From Chloroflexota bacterium (GTDB taxonomy: Bacteria > Chloroflexota > Limnocylindria > Limnocylindrales > CSP1-4): a stretch of DNA of 64,000 nucleotides. The stretch's first letter is position 1. Each line of letters starts with the position of its first letter. Positions 38,109 to 49,072 of this stretch are shown here, piece after piece. The notes below the pieces were generated by a model. That model had not been told where the DNA came from, did not search any database, and saw only the letters and a program-made list of their open reading frames with translations. The stretch spans positions 4,779-68,778 of the forward strand of contig JANYJG010000005.1 in assembly GCA_025358515.1 (NCBI GenBank), in the 5' to 3' direction. A program made the translations under genes and the position numbers.

Positions 38109-38379
38109 TACCTCCTATATCGATCGTGCTCGCCTCCCCTGTAAGTTCGGCCCGGAGTTCGGCCGGGATCGGAACCTCCAACGCACGCTGGAGCGACCCT
38201 TTGTCGAGGGCCGATTTGCGGCACTCGGCGCTATTGCATAGATATGCGCCGCGGCCTGGCATCTTGCCGGTCGGGTCGATGAGCACCCTTCCGTCAGGAC
38301 TTCGCACGACGCGCAACAGTTCGCGCTTCTGTCGCGCCGTTCGGCACACGACACAAGAGCGGGTCGGGAAGCGCCTCAT
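38092..38379 (-). CDS. ylxR: YlxR/RnpM-family (DUF448) RNA-binding protein
   Basis: RSCVVCRTARQKRELLRVV...GRGAYLC motif. Located between nusA and infB. Confidence 0.88.
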   Translation of the reverse strand: MRRFPTRSCVVCRTARQKRELLRVVRSPDGRVLIDPTGKMPGRGAYLCNSAECRKSALDKGSLQRALEVPIPAELRAELTGEASTIDIGGSGGQE

Positions 38380-38393
38380 TGGCGCGCCCCGGG

Positions 38394-39761
38394 CTACGAG
38401 GACACCCCTTCGGACGCGGGCGCCTCTGAACTGCCCTCGACCTCGGTATCGGCTTTGACGACGGGCTTCGCCGCCGCCTTACGACGCTTGGGCTTCGTTT
38501 CAACGACGTCCGGCACGGCGGTCGCAGCCTCCGGCGAGGCCGATTCGGCCACGATATCCACGTCCATGGCAGATGCTTCAACCGGCTCGACCTCGAGCGC
38601 CGGGACGACCTCGAGCGCCGCGCCGACCTCGAGCGCCGCGCCGACCTTGAGGGCCGCGCCGGCATCCGCGTCTTCGAGCTCAACCGTCGCGGCCGCCAGT
38701 GCCGCATCGGCCTCCGCCTTAGCTGCCTCGGCGACGGAGACGTCGCTGCGGATGTCGATCCTCCAGCCCGTCAACTTCGCCGCCAGACGCGCGTTCTGAC
38801 CCTCGCGGCCGATGGCCAGCGACAGCATGCGCTCCGGCACCACAACGTTAGCGATGCGGTGTTCCTCGTCGATGCGGACCTCGATCACCTGGGCTGGGCT
38901 CAGAGCCTTCGCGACGAAGGCCGAGGGCTCCTCGGACCACTCGATGACGTCGATCTTCTCGCCGCCAAGCTCCGCGACGACGGCCTGGACCCGCGCGCCG
39001 CGCTGTCCGACGGTCGCGCCCACGGGATCCAGACCGGGCTGACGTGACGCCACGGCAACCTTGGATCGGCTGCCGGCCTCGCGGGCGATGGCCTTGATCT
39101 CGACCGTGCCGGCGTGCACTTCCGGAACTTCAAGTTCGAAGAGGCGGCGCAGGAACCCCTTGTGGGTCCGGCTGATGTAGATCTGCGGGCCCTTGGCGCT
39201 GCGCCGAACCTCCAAGACGTAGGCCTTGACGTTCTGGCCGATGCGATAGTGCTCGAGCGGCGACTGTTCCGTAGTGGCCAGGATCGCCTCGGCTTTGCCG
39301 ACGTCCAGGACGATGGCGCGTGGCTCGATGCGCGAGACCGTGCCCGTGATCAGTTCACCCTCGCGGCTGGCGTACTGGTCGAAGACGACGTTCCGCTCGG
39401 CCTCGTGCAGGCGCTGCAGGACCACTTGCTTGGCGGTCTGGGCGTGAATCCGCCCGAACGCTTCCTGGTCCAGTTGCTCTGTCTCGACGAGATCACCCAC
39501 AACCGCGCCGGGCTGGTGGGCCTGGGCGTCGGCAGCGGTGATCTGCGTGGTCTCGTCCTCAATCTCCTCTACGACCAAGCGGGCCCGGAACACGCGGACC
39601 TTGCCCGTGTCGGCATCGATCAGGACGTGAATGTCCTCGTCACCGGCGACGCGCCGATATGCCGACTCAATCGCCTCCTCGACGGTGCGAATCAGCTGCT
39701 CGCGGGAGACACCCTTCTCTGCATTGAGTTGCAGGAGGGCGCCGACGAAATCTCGATTCAC
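38394..39761 (-). CDS. nusA: Transcription termination/antitermination factor NusA with repeat-rich acidic C-terminal tail
   Basis: S1 and two KH domains (GARVQAVVAELGGEKIDVIEW). Start set to the GTG at 39761, which has GGGAGG 6 nt upstream. The track TTG at 39818 lies inside a terminator U-tract. Confidence 0.92.
   Translation of the reverse strand: MNRDFVGALLQLNAEKGVSREQLIRTVEEAIESAYRRVAGDEDIHVLIDADTGKVRVFRARLVVEEIEDETTQITAADAQAHQPGAVVGDLVETEQLDQEAFGRIHAQTAKQVVLQRLHEAERNVVFDQYASREGELITGTVSRIEPRAIVLDVGKAEAILATTEQSPLEHYRIGQNVKAYVLEVRRSAKGPQIYISRTHKGFLRRLFELEVPEVHAGTVEIKAIAREAGSRSKVAVASRQPGLDPVGATVGQRGARVQAVVAELGGEKIDVIEWSEEPSAFVAKALSPAQVIEVRIDEEHRIANVVVPERMLSLAIGREGQNARLAAKLTGWRIDIRSDVSVAEAAKAEADAALAAATVELEDADAGAALKVGAALEVGAALEVVPALEVEPVEASAMDVDIVAESASPEAATAVPDVVETKPKRRKAAAKPVVKADTEVEGSSEAPASEGVSS
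38589..38660 (-). repeat. 4 x 18-nt in-frame tandem repeat in the NusA tail (GAALEV hexapeptides)
   Basis: Four consecutive units, gacctcgagcgccgggac / gacctcgagcgccgcgcc (x2) / gaccttgagggccgcgcc, are read directly from the sequence. Confidence 0.8.
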
Positions 39762-39816
39762 CTCGCGCCTCCCGTCCTTCCCGCTTGTCTGGCCTCGACC
39801 GCGATTTGATCCGCTC

Positions 39817-39844
39817 AAGAAAAGACGTGGGGGTCACCCACGTC
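39817..39844 (-). terminator. Intrinsic terminator/attenuator between proS and nusA
   Basis: The minus strand reads GACGTGGG-TGACC-CCCACGTC (8-bp stem) followed by TTTTCTTG. It lies 62 nt upstream of the nusA GTG and downstream of a good promoter match. Confidence 0.75.
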
Positions 39845-39868
39845 ACGAGCGGCCGTTAGATTACGTGG

Positions 39869-39897
39869 AGTATACACGTAGGCCGTGGACCCTCCAA
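39869..39897 (-). promoter_or_regulatory. Putative sigma-70-type promoter for nusA (TTGGAG-N17-TATACT)
   Basis: The -35 TTGGAG is at 39897..39892 and the -10 TATACT at 39874..39869, with exactly a 17-nt spacer. The -10 is flanked by the inverted repeat TACGTG/CACGTA. Confidence 0.5.
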
Positions 39898-40022
39898 GGG
39901 CGATGACACCCTCGGACCGCGCGTTGAATGAGTGTACCCGGCGGCGCGGGCAACTCCGTTTGCGCCAACGCACGCCGGCGCTTCCGCCTCGACCTCGCTC
40001 CAGCGTGCCAAGGTTGCGCGGC

Positions 40023-41480
40023 TCAGTAAGCCCGGGCGAACAACACGCGCCGCTCCGACTCACCGCCGCAAACGATGCACTTGCCCTTCTCGTCCGGAGA
40101 GTCGAACGGGATGCAGCGGATGGTGGCGCCGGCTTCGTCGTTGACCTGCTTCTCGCATCTGGCATCACCGCACCACGGGGCCATGAAGAAGCCGCCCTCG
40201 CCATCCAGCCTGTCCTTGAGCTGCTGGTAAGTGTCGACCTGGTGGGTATTGGAGTCGCGGAAGTCCACCGCGCGCCGTAGCAACTCGGCCTGGTAGGCGG
40301 TCAGTCGAGCCGGCAGTTCGGCGGCCAGCTGGGCGAGCGGCACGGCCTCCTTGGACCGATCGACACGCTTGACGAGCATGGCCTGGTCCGCAGCGACGTC
40401 ACGCGGCCCGATCTCGATGCGGAACGGAACGCCGCGCAACTCCCAGTGGTTGTACTTGAAACCCGGCGACTCATCGCGCCAGTCCACCTTGACCCGAACG
40501 GCCTTGCCTTCCGGCGTCTCGGCCAGGGCGGCCTGGAAACGGTCGATCGCCTCGGCGACCAGGGCGCGCTCCTCGTCCTTGCGGAAGATCGGAACAATCA
40601 CGACTTGAACCGGCGCCACTCGCGGCGGCAGGACCAGGCCGAAGTCGTCGCCATGAGCCATGATCGTTGCCCCGACCATGCGGGTCGAGAAGCCCCACGA
40701 CGTGCCGAACGGGTTCTTGCGGATGTTGTCGCGATCCAGGAACTCGATCCCTGCGGCCTTGGCGAAGTTGGTGCCCAGCATGTGGCTGGTGCCGGCCTGA
40801 AGCGCCTTCTTGTCGCGCATCATGGCCTCGATGCACCAGGTGAAGTCAGCGCCCGGGAACTTCTCGCCATCGGTCTTGCGGCCTTTGATCACAGGGATTG
40901 CAAGCCACTCCTCGGAAACCTTGTCGTAGCAGTCCAAGCCGGTCGCGACTTCCTCGGCGGCTTCCTCGCGGGTGGCGTGGAAGGTGTGGGCCTCCTGCCA
41001 CAGGAACTCGGTGGTACGCAGGAATAGGCGCGTGCGCAATTCCCAACGAACCACGTTGTTCCACATATTCATGAGCAGCGGCAGGTCGCGGTAAGAGTGG
41101 ATCCAATCCTTGACGCTCTCGGCGATAATCGCCTCGCTCGTCGGGCGAATGGCGAGCCACTCATCGAGTGCCTTGCCTCCGGCGTGCGTCACCCACGCGA
41201 CCTGCGGATTGAAGCCTTCGACGTGGCTCGCTTCCTTCTCCAGCAGCGAACGAGGGACGAAGAGCGGGAAGTAGCAGTTGCTGTGGCCGGTCGCCTTGAT
41301 GTGGCGATCCAGCTCGCCCTGCATAGATTCCCAGATGGCATAGCCGTACGGGCGGATGATCATGCAGCCGCGAACTGCGGAATAGTCGGCCAGCTCAGCC
41401 TTCAGTACGACGTCGTTGTACCAGCCCGGGAAGTCCTCGGACTGCCTGGTGATGCTGGTAACGAAACCCTCCTTGGGCAC
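40023..41480 (-). CDS. proS: Prolyl-tRNA synthetase, archaeal/eukaryote-like type (no INS editing domain, C-terminal Zn domain)
   Basis: 485 aa. N-terminus is FPGWYNDVVLKAELADYSAVRGCMIIRPYGYAIWE. C-terminus is CGDARCE...CIVCGGESERRVLFARAY, ending in Tyr. GTG start with GAGGAGG upstream. Confidence 0.9.
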   Translation of the reverse strand: MPKEGFVTSITRQSEDFPGWYNDVVLKAELADYSAVRGCMIIRPYGYAIWESMQGELDRHIKATGHSNCYFPLFVPRSLLEKEASHVEGFNPQVAWVTHAGGKALDEWLAIRPTSEAIIAESVKDWIHSYRDLPLLMNMWNNVVRWELRTRLFLRTTEFLWQEAHTFHATREEAAEEVATGLDCYDKVSEEWLAIPVIKGRKTDGEKFPGADFTWCIEAMMRDKKALQAGTSHMLGTNFAKAAGIEFLDRDNIRKNPFGTSWGFSTRMVGATIMAHGDDFGLVLPPRVAPVQVVIVPIFRKDEERALVAEAIDRFQAALAETPEGKAVRVKVDWRDESPGFKYNHWELRGVPFRIEIGPRDVAADQAMLVKRVDRSKEAVPLAQLAAELPARLTAYQAELLRRAVDFRDSNTHQVDTYQQLKDRLDGEGGFFMAPWCGDARCEKQVNDEAGATIRCIPFDSPDEKGKCIVCGGESERRVLFARAY

Positions 41481-41633
41481 GGTTCCTCCTCACGGGCGGC
41501 GGTCGATACGTTGACTGAATCCTAGCGTGTGGCCGAGATCGTCGCGTCACGTGCGCCGCCGCGAACTTTTGACCCTCCTGCTGCGAACTACCGGCAACGG
41601 AACGGCCCCGTTCCGCGCCACCTGAGGACCGAC

Positions 41634-41759
41634 ATGACGACCTTGCGGAACGGCCTGAATTGGACTCGAGACCACGCCTTGTGGCTGGCGCTGCTTGCCC
41701 TGCCGGTGGTGATGGCGGCCTGCAACAAAGGCGGCGGCAGCGGCGGCGGCGGTTATTGA
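41634..41759 (+). CDS. Possible 41-aa mini-lipoprotein (mature part CNKGGGSGGGGY)
   Basis: ATG at 41634 has GAGGA 5 nt upstream. It translates to MTTLRNGLNWTRDHALWLALLALPVVMAAC with a lipobox-like VMAAC, and the ORF stops 12 codons after the Cys. Could be a truncated remnant. Confidence 0.35.
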   Translation: MTTLRNGLNWTRDHALWLALLALPVVMAACNKGGGSGGGGY

Positions 41760-41787
41760 AACGCCCTTAGCTCGCGAGGATTGACCT

Positions 41788-43029
<1,242 letters not shown>

Positions 43030-43031
43030 CG

Positions 43032-44144
43032 CTACCGGCCGCTGACTTTGAGTATGTCGAAGAAGGTGATCCAGCCCATGAAGACCAAGAGCAGCACGAA
43101 GCTTGCGAGGTAGGCGAACGCCTCGTAAGTGCTGACCCCCTTGGCCCCGAAAATCCGCTTGACGATCATGATCACCATCTTGCCGCCGTCGAGTACCGGG
43201 AGCGGCAGGACGTTGACCAGGGCAAGGTTGGCCGAGATCATGCCGGCAATCAGGAGCAGGAAGACCAGCGCATTCGGCTGCGAGACGACCCCGGCCACCT
43301 CCGAGGCGATCCCGACCGGACCCGCAACACCTGCAGGGGCCGCCGAGGGATTTGTGACCACATCCTTGACGAGGTCTCCCAGGGCACCAAGGATCAAGGT
43401 CATAGCCTTGCCGGTGCCTCCAACCGCCAGACCCGCCGCAGTGACAGGGTCACCCGGCGAAGTCGCCAGCGAAGAGCCCAGGGAAACGCCCAGGGCTCCG
43501 GGAGCCGCGTCGGTCGGGACGCGCAGCTTGACCGAGAGGGTGCGCTGAACGCCGTTGGAGTCCGCGACGACGAGGCTGACCGTCTGGCCGGCGTGGTCGC
43601 GCAGATCCTGGCGCCATCCGCCGGAGACGTCTGCGATAGAGAATTCGAGGACAGACGGCCGGGCATACGTCCGACCATCGATCGAGACCAACGAGTCGCC
43701 CAACTTGAGACCGACCTGCTCGGCTGGTGAGCCCCTGGAAACATTGCCGATGGTCGTCTGCACAGCCGGGTTGAAGACCCAGGCAACGACGAAGAACAGC
43801 AGGACCGCGGTCATGAGATTCATGAAGACGCCGGCCGCAAGGACGATCAGCTGCTTAGGCAGCGTTGAGTTCGTGAATGCCCGCGGGTCTTCGGAGTTGG
43901 TCTCCTCGCCCTCGAGCCTCACAAAACCGCCAATCGGCAGGTAGTTGAGCGTGTATTCGGTCTCGTGGTCGTGACCGATAACCCGGGCTCGGGGCGGGAA
44001 GCCGAGGCCGAACTCCAGAACCCTGATGCCGGCCAGGCGGGCCATGACGAAGTGGCCGAATTCATGGATCAGGACGATCGGAATGAGAATCAGGAACAAA
44101 CCGGCGATGCCGGTCAGCGAATAGCCAATTCCGGCCAGACTCAT
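43032..44144 (-). CDS. rseP: Site-2 (M50) intramembrane zinc metalloprotease RseP
   Basis: HEFGHFVMA zinc motif, a PDZ-like middle region and [16 protein letters not shown]. Confidence 0.9.
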   Translation of the reverse strand: MSLAGIGYSLTGIAGLFLILIPIVLIHEFGHFVMARLAGIRVLEFGLGFPPRARVIGHDHETEYTLNYLPIGGFVRLEGEETNSEDPRAFTNSTLPKQLIVLAAGVFMNLMTAVLLFFVVAWVFNPAVQTTIGNVSRGSPAEQVGLKLGDSLVSIDGRTYARPSVLEFSIADVSGGWRQDLRDHAGQTVSLVVADSNGVQRTLSVKLRVPTDAAPGALGVSLGSSLATSPGDPVTAAGLAVGGTGKAMTLILGALGDLVKDVVTNPSAAPAGVAGPVGIASEVAGVVSQPNALVFLLLIAGMISANLALVNVLPLPVLDGGKMVIMIVKRIFGAKGVSTYEAFAYLASFVLLLVFMGWITFFDILKVSGR

Positions 44145-45457
44145 CGGTAAGCCTCAGCAAATGCGCGGACTTCGGTGTCTAGCGCGATGAGATCGGCAAG
44201 CGGCGGTTCGGCCGGTTGGCCTGCTCCGAATGTCTGAACGGCAGCGTCCAGAAGCCGCGGTATGCCCTGAAAGCTGAGGGTCCCGGCAAGGAACCTTGCC
44301 ACAGCTACCTCATCAGCCGAGATTAGCGCGGCACTGGCGCGCGGACCGGCCTGGCCGGCCTCACGTGCTATTCGGAGGGCCGGGAAGCGCCCCTCGTCCG
44401 GAGCGCGAAACTCCAGCCGGCCCGCGGCCACCAGATCCGCCGCCGCAGCCGACGACGGGCGGCGCTCCGGATACGTCAGCGCGTACTGGATTGGAAGTCG
44501 CATGTCGGGTGTCCCCAGCTGTGCCTTCAAGGAACCGTCGGCGAATTGGACCGCCGAGTGAATGACGCTTTGAGGGTGAACGACGACGGAAATGGCCGCC
44601 AGGGGGACATCGTACAGCCAGCGCGCCTCGATGATTTCCAAGCCCTTATTGGCCAGCGTCGCCGAATCGATGGTGATCTTCGAACCCATCTTCCATGTCG
44701 GGTGCTTGAGGGCTTGCTCCGGAGTCACCGTCTCAAGGTCCGCGACGGTCGCGTTCAGGAACGGCCCGCCCGAAGCTGTTAGCCACAACCGCTCCACCGC
44801 GGCCGGCGACTCACCGACCAGACACTGCCAGATGGCCGAGTGCTCGGAGTCGATCGGGCGCAGCCACCCGAGCGGGCTGGCCATCGGGTCGCGTGGGTTG
44901 CCGGTGGCGGCTGCGGTGCGCTCCGCGAGCTCGCGAGCCATCGGCATGACTAGATGGCCGCCGGCCACCAGCGTCTCTTTGTTGGCCGTAGCGACGATCT
45001 TTCCGGCGGCCAGGGCTGCCAGAACGGACCGCAGAGCGACCAGACCGCCGGTCGCCACGAGGACCAGGTCCACGTCCTGACGAGTGGCCAGGACCTCGAG
45101 CGCGTCCGGACCGGCCACGAACTCTGTACCCGTGGGCAGGTCGAGCCCGGCCGCGCCATGACGGCCCGCCTGGTTGCCCGCAAGAGAGACTGCGGCGGGA
45201 CGTAGCCGGCGAGCTTGCTCCTCGAGAACGGCGCGCTGGGTACCAGTCGCGAGGGCGACGACCCGAAACATGTCGGCGTGGCGAGCAAGCACGTCCACCG
45301 CCTGCCGGCCGATCGACCCGCCCGAGCCCAGCAGGGCGACCCGAATGACGCGGCCGTCGGCCGTGCCGGTCACGGAGTCTCCGCCTGCCCCGGCATTGCC
45401 GCCGGCCCGCGCACTATCGCCGGCGCCGGCACTGCCATGCCCCGTTCGAGCTGCCAC
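44141..45457 (-). CDS. dxr: 1-deoxy-D-xylulose 5-phosphate reductoisomerase (Gly/Ala-rich N-terminal extension or later start)
   Basis: LLGSGGSIGRQAVDV NADPH motif plus ANKETLV and SEHSAIWQC. Confidence 0.92.
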   Translation of the reverse strand: MAARTGHGSAGAGDSARAGGNAGAGGDSVTGTADGRVIRVALLGSGGSIGRQAVDVLARHADMFRVVALATGTQRAVLEEQARRLRPAAVSLAGNQAGRHGAAGLDLPTGTEFVAGPDALEVLATRQDVDLVLVATGGLVALRSVLAALAAGKIVATANKETLVAGGHLVMPMARELAERTAAATGNPRDPMASPLGWLRPIDSEHSAIWQCLVGESPAAVERLWLTASGGPFLNATVADLETVTPEQALKHPTWKMGSKITIDSATLANKGLEIIEARWLYDVPLAAISVVVHPQSVIHSAVQFADGSLKAQLGTPDMRLPIQYALTYPERRPSSAAAADLVAAGRLEFRAPDEGRFPALRIAREAGQAGPRASAALISADEVAVARFLAGTLSFQGIPRLLDAAVQTFGAGQPAEPPLADLIALDTEVRAFAEAYR

Positions 45458-45458
45458 A

Positions 45459-46286
45459 TCAGCGGACCCACGCCGTCACGAAGAGGGCGGCCAGGGGCGC
45501 GGCGAACAGGAACGAATCGACTCGGTCCAGGATGCCACCGTGGCCCGGGATCAACGTGCCGGAGTCCTTCATGGCGGCCGCTCGCTTGAGCATCGACTCG
45601 GCCAAATCGCCGGCCTGGGCAACGATCCCGATGACCGGCCCAAGCGCCAGGCCCAGCAGCGGCTCCTGGCCCAGAGCCCACAATCCGGCCACGGCAATGG
45701 CCGTCGAGGCGGCCAATCCCCCAATCAGACCCCAGTAACTCTTCGATGGGGAGATGTGGGCCAGGAATTTGCGCTTGCCGAGGGCAATCCCCAGGAGGTA
45801 TGCCCCGGTGTCGAATGACCACACGAGCAGGATGACGAGCAGGATCCAACCTCGGTAGGAGCCCACTTGGGCTGCCGGCGCGGAAGCGGCGAGAGACGGG
45901 GCGACCTGCCCGACTCGCACAAGCGCGGCCAACTGGCCAACGTACAGCGCACCGAAAGCCGTAGCCATCCACGCCGCGAACCCGACCTTGCTGTCATTCT
46001 CCCGGAACGCGGCCATGCCCGCCAGCACCACCACGACGGCCACGAGCAGATCCCCGTAGCCGCGCAAGGGCGAGATTGCCGACACGTCGGCGGCCACCGC
46101 CAACGCCCCGACAACGGTCAGGAGAGGCATAGCCTGGTATCCGGCCGCGCGCAACAGACGAGCCGCCTCCCAGGCCGCTAGCCCAACGAATACCGCGATC
46201 AGCGCCCCGAACCAGGGCTCGCCCAGGGCCAGGACGATGAGCAGCGGCGGAACGAAGATCAGGGCGCTGAGGGCTCGTTGGCGCAT
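45459..46286 (-). CDS. cdsA: Phosphatidate cytidylyltransferase
   Basis: SMLKRAAAMKDSGTLIPGHGGILDRVDS signature. ATG at 46286 chosen because it removes the overlap with uppS. Confidence 0.9.
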   Translation of the reverse strand: MRQRALSALIFVPPLLIVLALGEPWFGALIAVFVGLAAWEAARLLRAAGYQAMPLLTVVGALAVAADVSAISPLRGYGDLLVAVVVVLAGMAAFRENDSKVGFAAWMATAFGALYVGQLAALVRVGQVAPSLAASAPAAQVGSYRGWILLVILLVWSFDTGAYLLGIALGKRKFLAHISPSKSYWGLIGGLAASTAIAVAGLWALGQEPLLGLALGPVIGIVAQAGDLAESMLKRAAAMKDSGTLIPGHGGILDRVDSFLFAAPLAALFVTAWVR

Positions 46287-46293
46287 GTCGGCG

Positions 46294-47082
46294 CTACCGA
46301 CCGTACCGGCGCTGCCGGCTCGCGAACTCCACGATGGCCCCATCGAAGTCGACCGGACCGAAATCGGGCCACAACACCGGACAGAAGTACATCTCTGCGT
46401 AGGCGGACTGCCAGATGAGGAAGTTGGAGAGGCGCTCGTTGCCGCCGGTGCGGATGACCATGTCGGGGTCCGGTAGCCCGGCCGTGTACATCGCCCCGGA
46501 CATTACGTCCTCGTCGATCTCGTCGGGTCGAAGACCCGCGGCAACCAGCTTGCGAGCGGCATCGACAAGTTCGGTCCGGCCCGAGTAGTTGAAGGCAATG
46601 TTGAGCTGCAGGCGAGTTCCGCCGGCCGTGGCATCGAGCGCCTGCTGGATCGATGCGCGGGTATCCGGGGGAAGCTCAGCCATGCGTCCCAGCACCCGGA
46701 CCCGCGCACCCTGGCGGACCAGCTCGGAGGTTTCGTTGGTTATCGCCTTCTCCAGCAGAGAGAAGAGCCCCGCGACCTCTTCGTCTGAGCGGGCCCAGTT
46801 CTCGCGGCTAAAGGCGTACAACGAGAGCACCTCGACCCCGCGCCGAACGGCGTGTCGGATGACTTCGCGGACCGTCTCAACGCCGGCCGCGTGGCCCTCC
46901 ATCTCATGCAGACCGCGACCACGAGCCCAGCGGCGATTGCCGTCCATGATGATCGCCACGTGACGGGGCAGTTCGTCCTGCGGAACGGGGAACGCCTCGG
47001 TCGGGGCCGCCGTGGCGCCCGGTTGCGGCTCGCGGTGAACGATCGCCGGAGCGTCTGTCGGTCGATCGATCGGGCGAACCAC
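46294..47082 (-). CDS. uppS: Isoprenyl (undecaprenyl) diphosphate synthase
   Basis: HVAIIMDGNRRWA, SLYAFSRENW and the ERLSNFLIWQSAYAE motif. Confidence 0.93.
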   Translation of the reverse strand: MVRPIDRPTDAPAIVHREPQPGATAAPTEAFPVPQDELPRHVAIIMDGNRRWARGRGLHEMEGHAAGVETVREVIRHAVRRGVEVLSLYAFSRENWARSDEEVAGLFSLLEKAITNETSELVRQGARVRVLGRMAELPPDTRASIQQALDATAGGTRLQLNIAFNYSGRTELVDAARKLVAAGLRPDEIDEDVMSGAMYTAGLPDPDMVIRTGGNERLSNFLIWQSAYAEMYFCPVLWPDFGPVDFDGAIVEFASRQRRYGR

Positions 47083-47639
47083 TAGACCTCCATGATCTCC
47101 TGCTGCTTGACCGAACCCACGCGATCCACATCGACGATGTGGCTGTCGGTGATGCGCTGGAGATGATCGTGCTCGCGGCGGCTCTCGTCGGCGCCGATCG
47201 TACCGTCGTGCTCTTCTTTCTTAAGCAGGTCGGCGGCTTCGCGGCGGAGGTTGCGGATTTCCACCCGAGCCTCCTCCATGCGCTTGTGGACCTGCTTGGC
47301 AAGTTCCTTGCGACGCTCCTCGGTGAGCTGCGGGATATTCAACCGGACGACGATGCCGTCCACGTTGGGGACGAGGCCGATGTCGCTCTTGATGATCGCC
47401 TTTTCGATCGCGCCCAGAACGCTGCGATCCCAGGGCTGGATGACGATCTGATGCGACTCGGGCACGTTGATGCCGGCCAGCTGATTCAGGGGCGTGGGTG
47501 TGCCGTAGTACTCGACCACGATGTGCTCTACGAGCGAGGTCGAGGCGCGGCCCGTTCGGATCCCTTGCAGGTCGCGTTCGAGAACCTCCACGGCGCGCAG
47601 CATCTTGTGCTCGGTGCCGGTCAACGTCTCGCTGCTCAT
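47082..47639 (-). CDS. frr: Ribosome recycling factor
   Basis: 185 aa with the full-length RRF pattern ([10 protein letters not shown]...IQPWD...[13 protein letters not shown]). Confidence 0.95.
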   Translation of the reverse strand: MSSETLTGTEHKMLRAVEVLERDLQGIRTGRASTSLVEHIVVEYYGTPTPLNQLAGINVPESHQIVIQPWDRSVLGAIEKAIIKSDIGLVPNVDGIVVRLNIPQLTEERRKELAKQVHKRMEEARVEIRNLRREAADLLKKEEHDGTIGADESRREHDHLQRITDSHIVDVDRVGSVKQQEIMEV

Positions 47640-48433
47640 GCTGAACTGCCTCCGGTAATCAGAGTCCCGACGGGCTCACCCGCGGCCACTCGGGTGATGT
47701 TCTCGGGCTTGTTCAGGTCGAATACCACGATCGGGGTGTCGTTCTCCATGCACAGCGACACAGCCGTCGCATCGAGGACGCCGAGGCGATCTGCAAGCAC
47801 CTTGGAGTACGAGAGACGATCGTAACGTTTTGCCCCTGGGTTCGTGACCGGATCGGAGTCATACACGCCATCGACCTTGGTGGCCTTGAGGATGACCTCG
47901 GCCCCGATCTCCACAGCACGCAGAGCGGCAGCCGTGTCCGTGGTGAAGTACGGGTTGCCGATTCCGGCCGCCAGAATGATGACCCGGCCCTTTTCCAGGT
48001 GCCGGACCGCGCGGCGCCGGATGTATGGCTCGGCGATTTCGGCCATGGCGATGGCGCTCATGACGCGGGTCGGGACTCCGGCCCGCTCGAGCGCATCCTG
48101 AAGCGCCAGGGCGTTCATGACCGTTGCCAGCATACCGATGTAATCGCCCGTGGCGCGATCCATGCCCTTGGCGGCTGCGGCCAGGCCACGAAAGATGTTC
48201 CCGCCGCCAACCACGATGCCGACGTCGACACCGGCGCGGCGAACCTCCGCGACCTGGGCGGCAATGAACGCGCAGAAATCCGGATCGACGCCGTACTGTC
48301 GAGAACCGAGGAGGGCCTCGCCCGACAGCTTGAGCAGAATGCGCCGGTAGCGCGGTCTCGCCGGGAGGCCGTCGGTCGGGTCGGCGTGAACCGAACCGGC
48401 GACATCGCCTCTGGCCGCAGTAGCTTCGTTCAA
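47636..48433 (-). CDS. pyrH: UMP kinase
   Basis: [11 protein letters not shown] and [13 protein letters not shown] start overlaps the tsf stop. Confidence 0.93.
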   Translation of the reverse strand: MNEATAARGDVAGSVHADPTDGLPARPRYRRILLKLSGEALLGSRQYGVDPDFCAFIAAQVAEVRRAGVDVGIVVGGGNIFRGLAAAAKGMDRATGDYIGMLATVMNALALQDALERAGVPTRVMSAIAMAEIAEPYIRRRAVRHLEKGRVIILAAGIGNPYFTTDTAAALRAVEIGAEVILKATKVDGVYDSDPVTNPGAKRYDRLSYSKVLADRLGVLDATAVSLCMENDTPIVVFDLNKPENITRVAAGEPVGTLITGGSSA

Positions 48434-49029
48434 ATCTCCTCCCCCAACTCGAAGCGCACGAACCGCCGAACCCTCATGTTCTCACCAGTCTTGGAGATGG
48501 CCTCAACGACCAACTGGCCGACGGTCCGATCCTGGTCGCGGAAAGGCTGCTCGAGAAGCACGACCTCGCTGAACCACTTCTTTAGCTGGCCCTCGACGAT
48601 CTGGCCGCGGACCGCCTCAGGCTTGGCGGCCAACATGTCGGCAGCGAGCAACTCGGCACGCTTGGCATCGAGGTCCGCGTCTGGGATCGATTCAATGCTC
48701 ACGTACGTCGGGCGCAAACCCGCAACCTGAATTGCGAGATCGCGAACGAGCCGCTGGAATTCGTCGGTTCGGGCTACGAAGTCGGTCTCGCAGTTGACCT
48801 CGATCAGCACGCCGATCCTGCCACCGGTATGGATGTAGCTGGCCACCTGGCCATCGCGGGCGTCTCGGCCCGCGCGTTTGGCAGCTGCCGCCTGACCGCG
48901 CTCCTTGAGGAGTGCGACGGCTTTGTCGAGATCGCCACCAGTCTCTTCCAGAGCGCGCTTGCACTCCATGACGCCCGCGCCGCTCTTCTCCCGGAGGGCC
49001 TTGACGGTTTCGGCAGTAATGGTCGCCAT
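48430..49029 (-). CDS. tsf: Elongation factor Ts (short form)
   Basis: Track ORF trimmed to the ATG at 49029. Reads [38 protein letters not shown]. Confidence 0.93.
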   Translation of the reverse strand: MATITAETVKALREKSGAGVMECKRALEETGGDLDKAVALLKERGQAAAAKRAGRDARDGQVASYIHTGGRIGVLIEVNCETDFVARTDEFQRLVRDLAIQVAGLRPTYVSIESIPDADLDAKRAELLAADMLAAKPEAVRGQIVEGQLKKWFSEVVLLEQPFRDQDRTVGQLVVEAISKTGENMRVRRFVRFELGEEI

Positions 49030-49072
49030 CGTCTTCCAGTGTCTCCTACGATCGAGGCCGGGATTGTGCTTG

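Noticed and set aside
39815-40204. 129-aa minus-strand ORF in the position where rimP would be expected upstream of nusA.
   Set aside because: It overlaps the 3' end of proS in another frame, is Arg/Ala/Ser-rich, and shows no RimP-like sequence. It is treated as spurious, so rimP appears absent from this locus.
41481-41633. Possible T-box riboswitch upstream of proS.
   Set aside because: The leader is under 150 nt and shared with a divergent ORF. No T-box sequence (AGGGUGGNACCGCG-like) or specifier/terminator architecture is visible.
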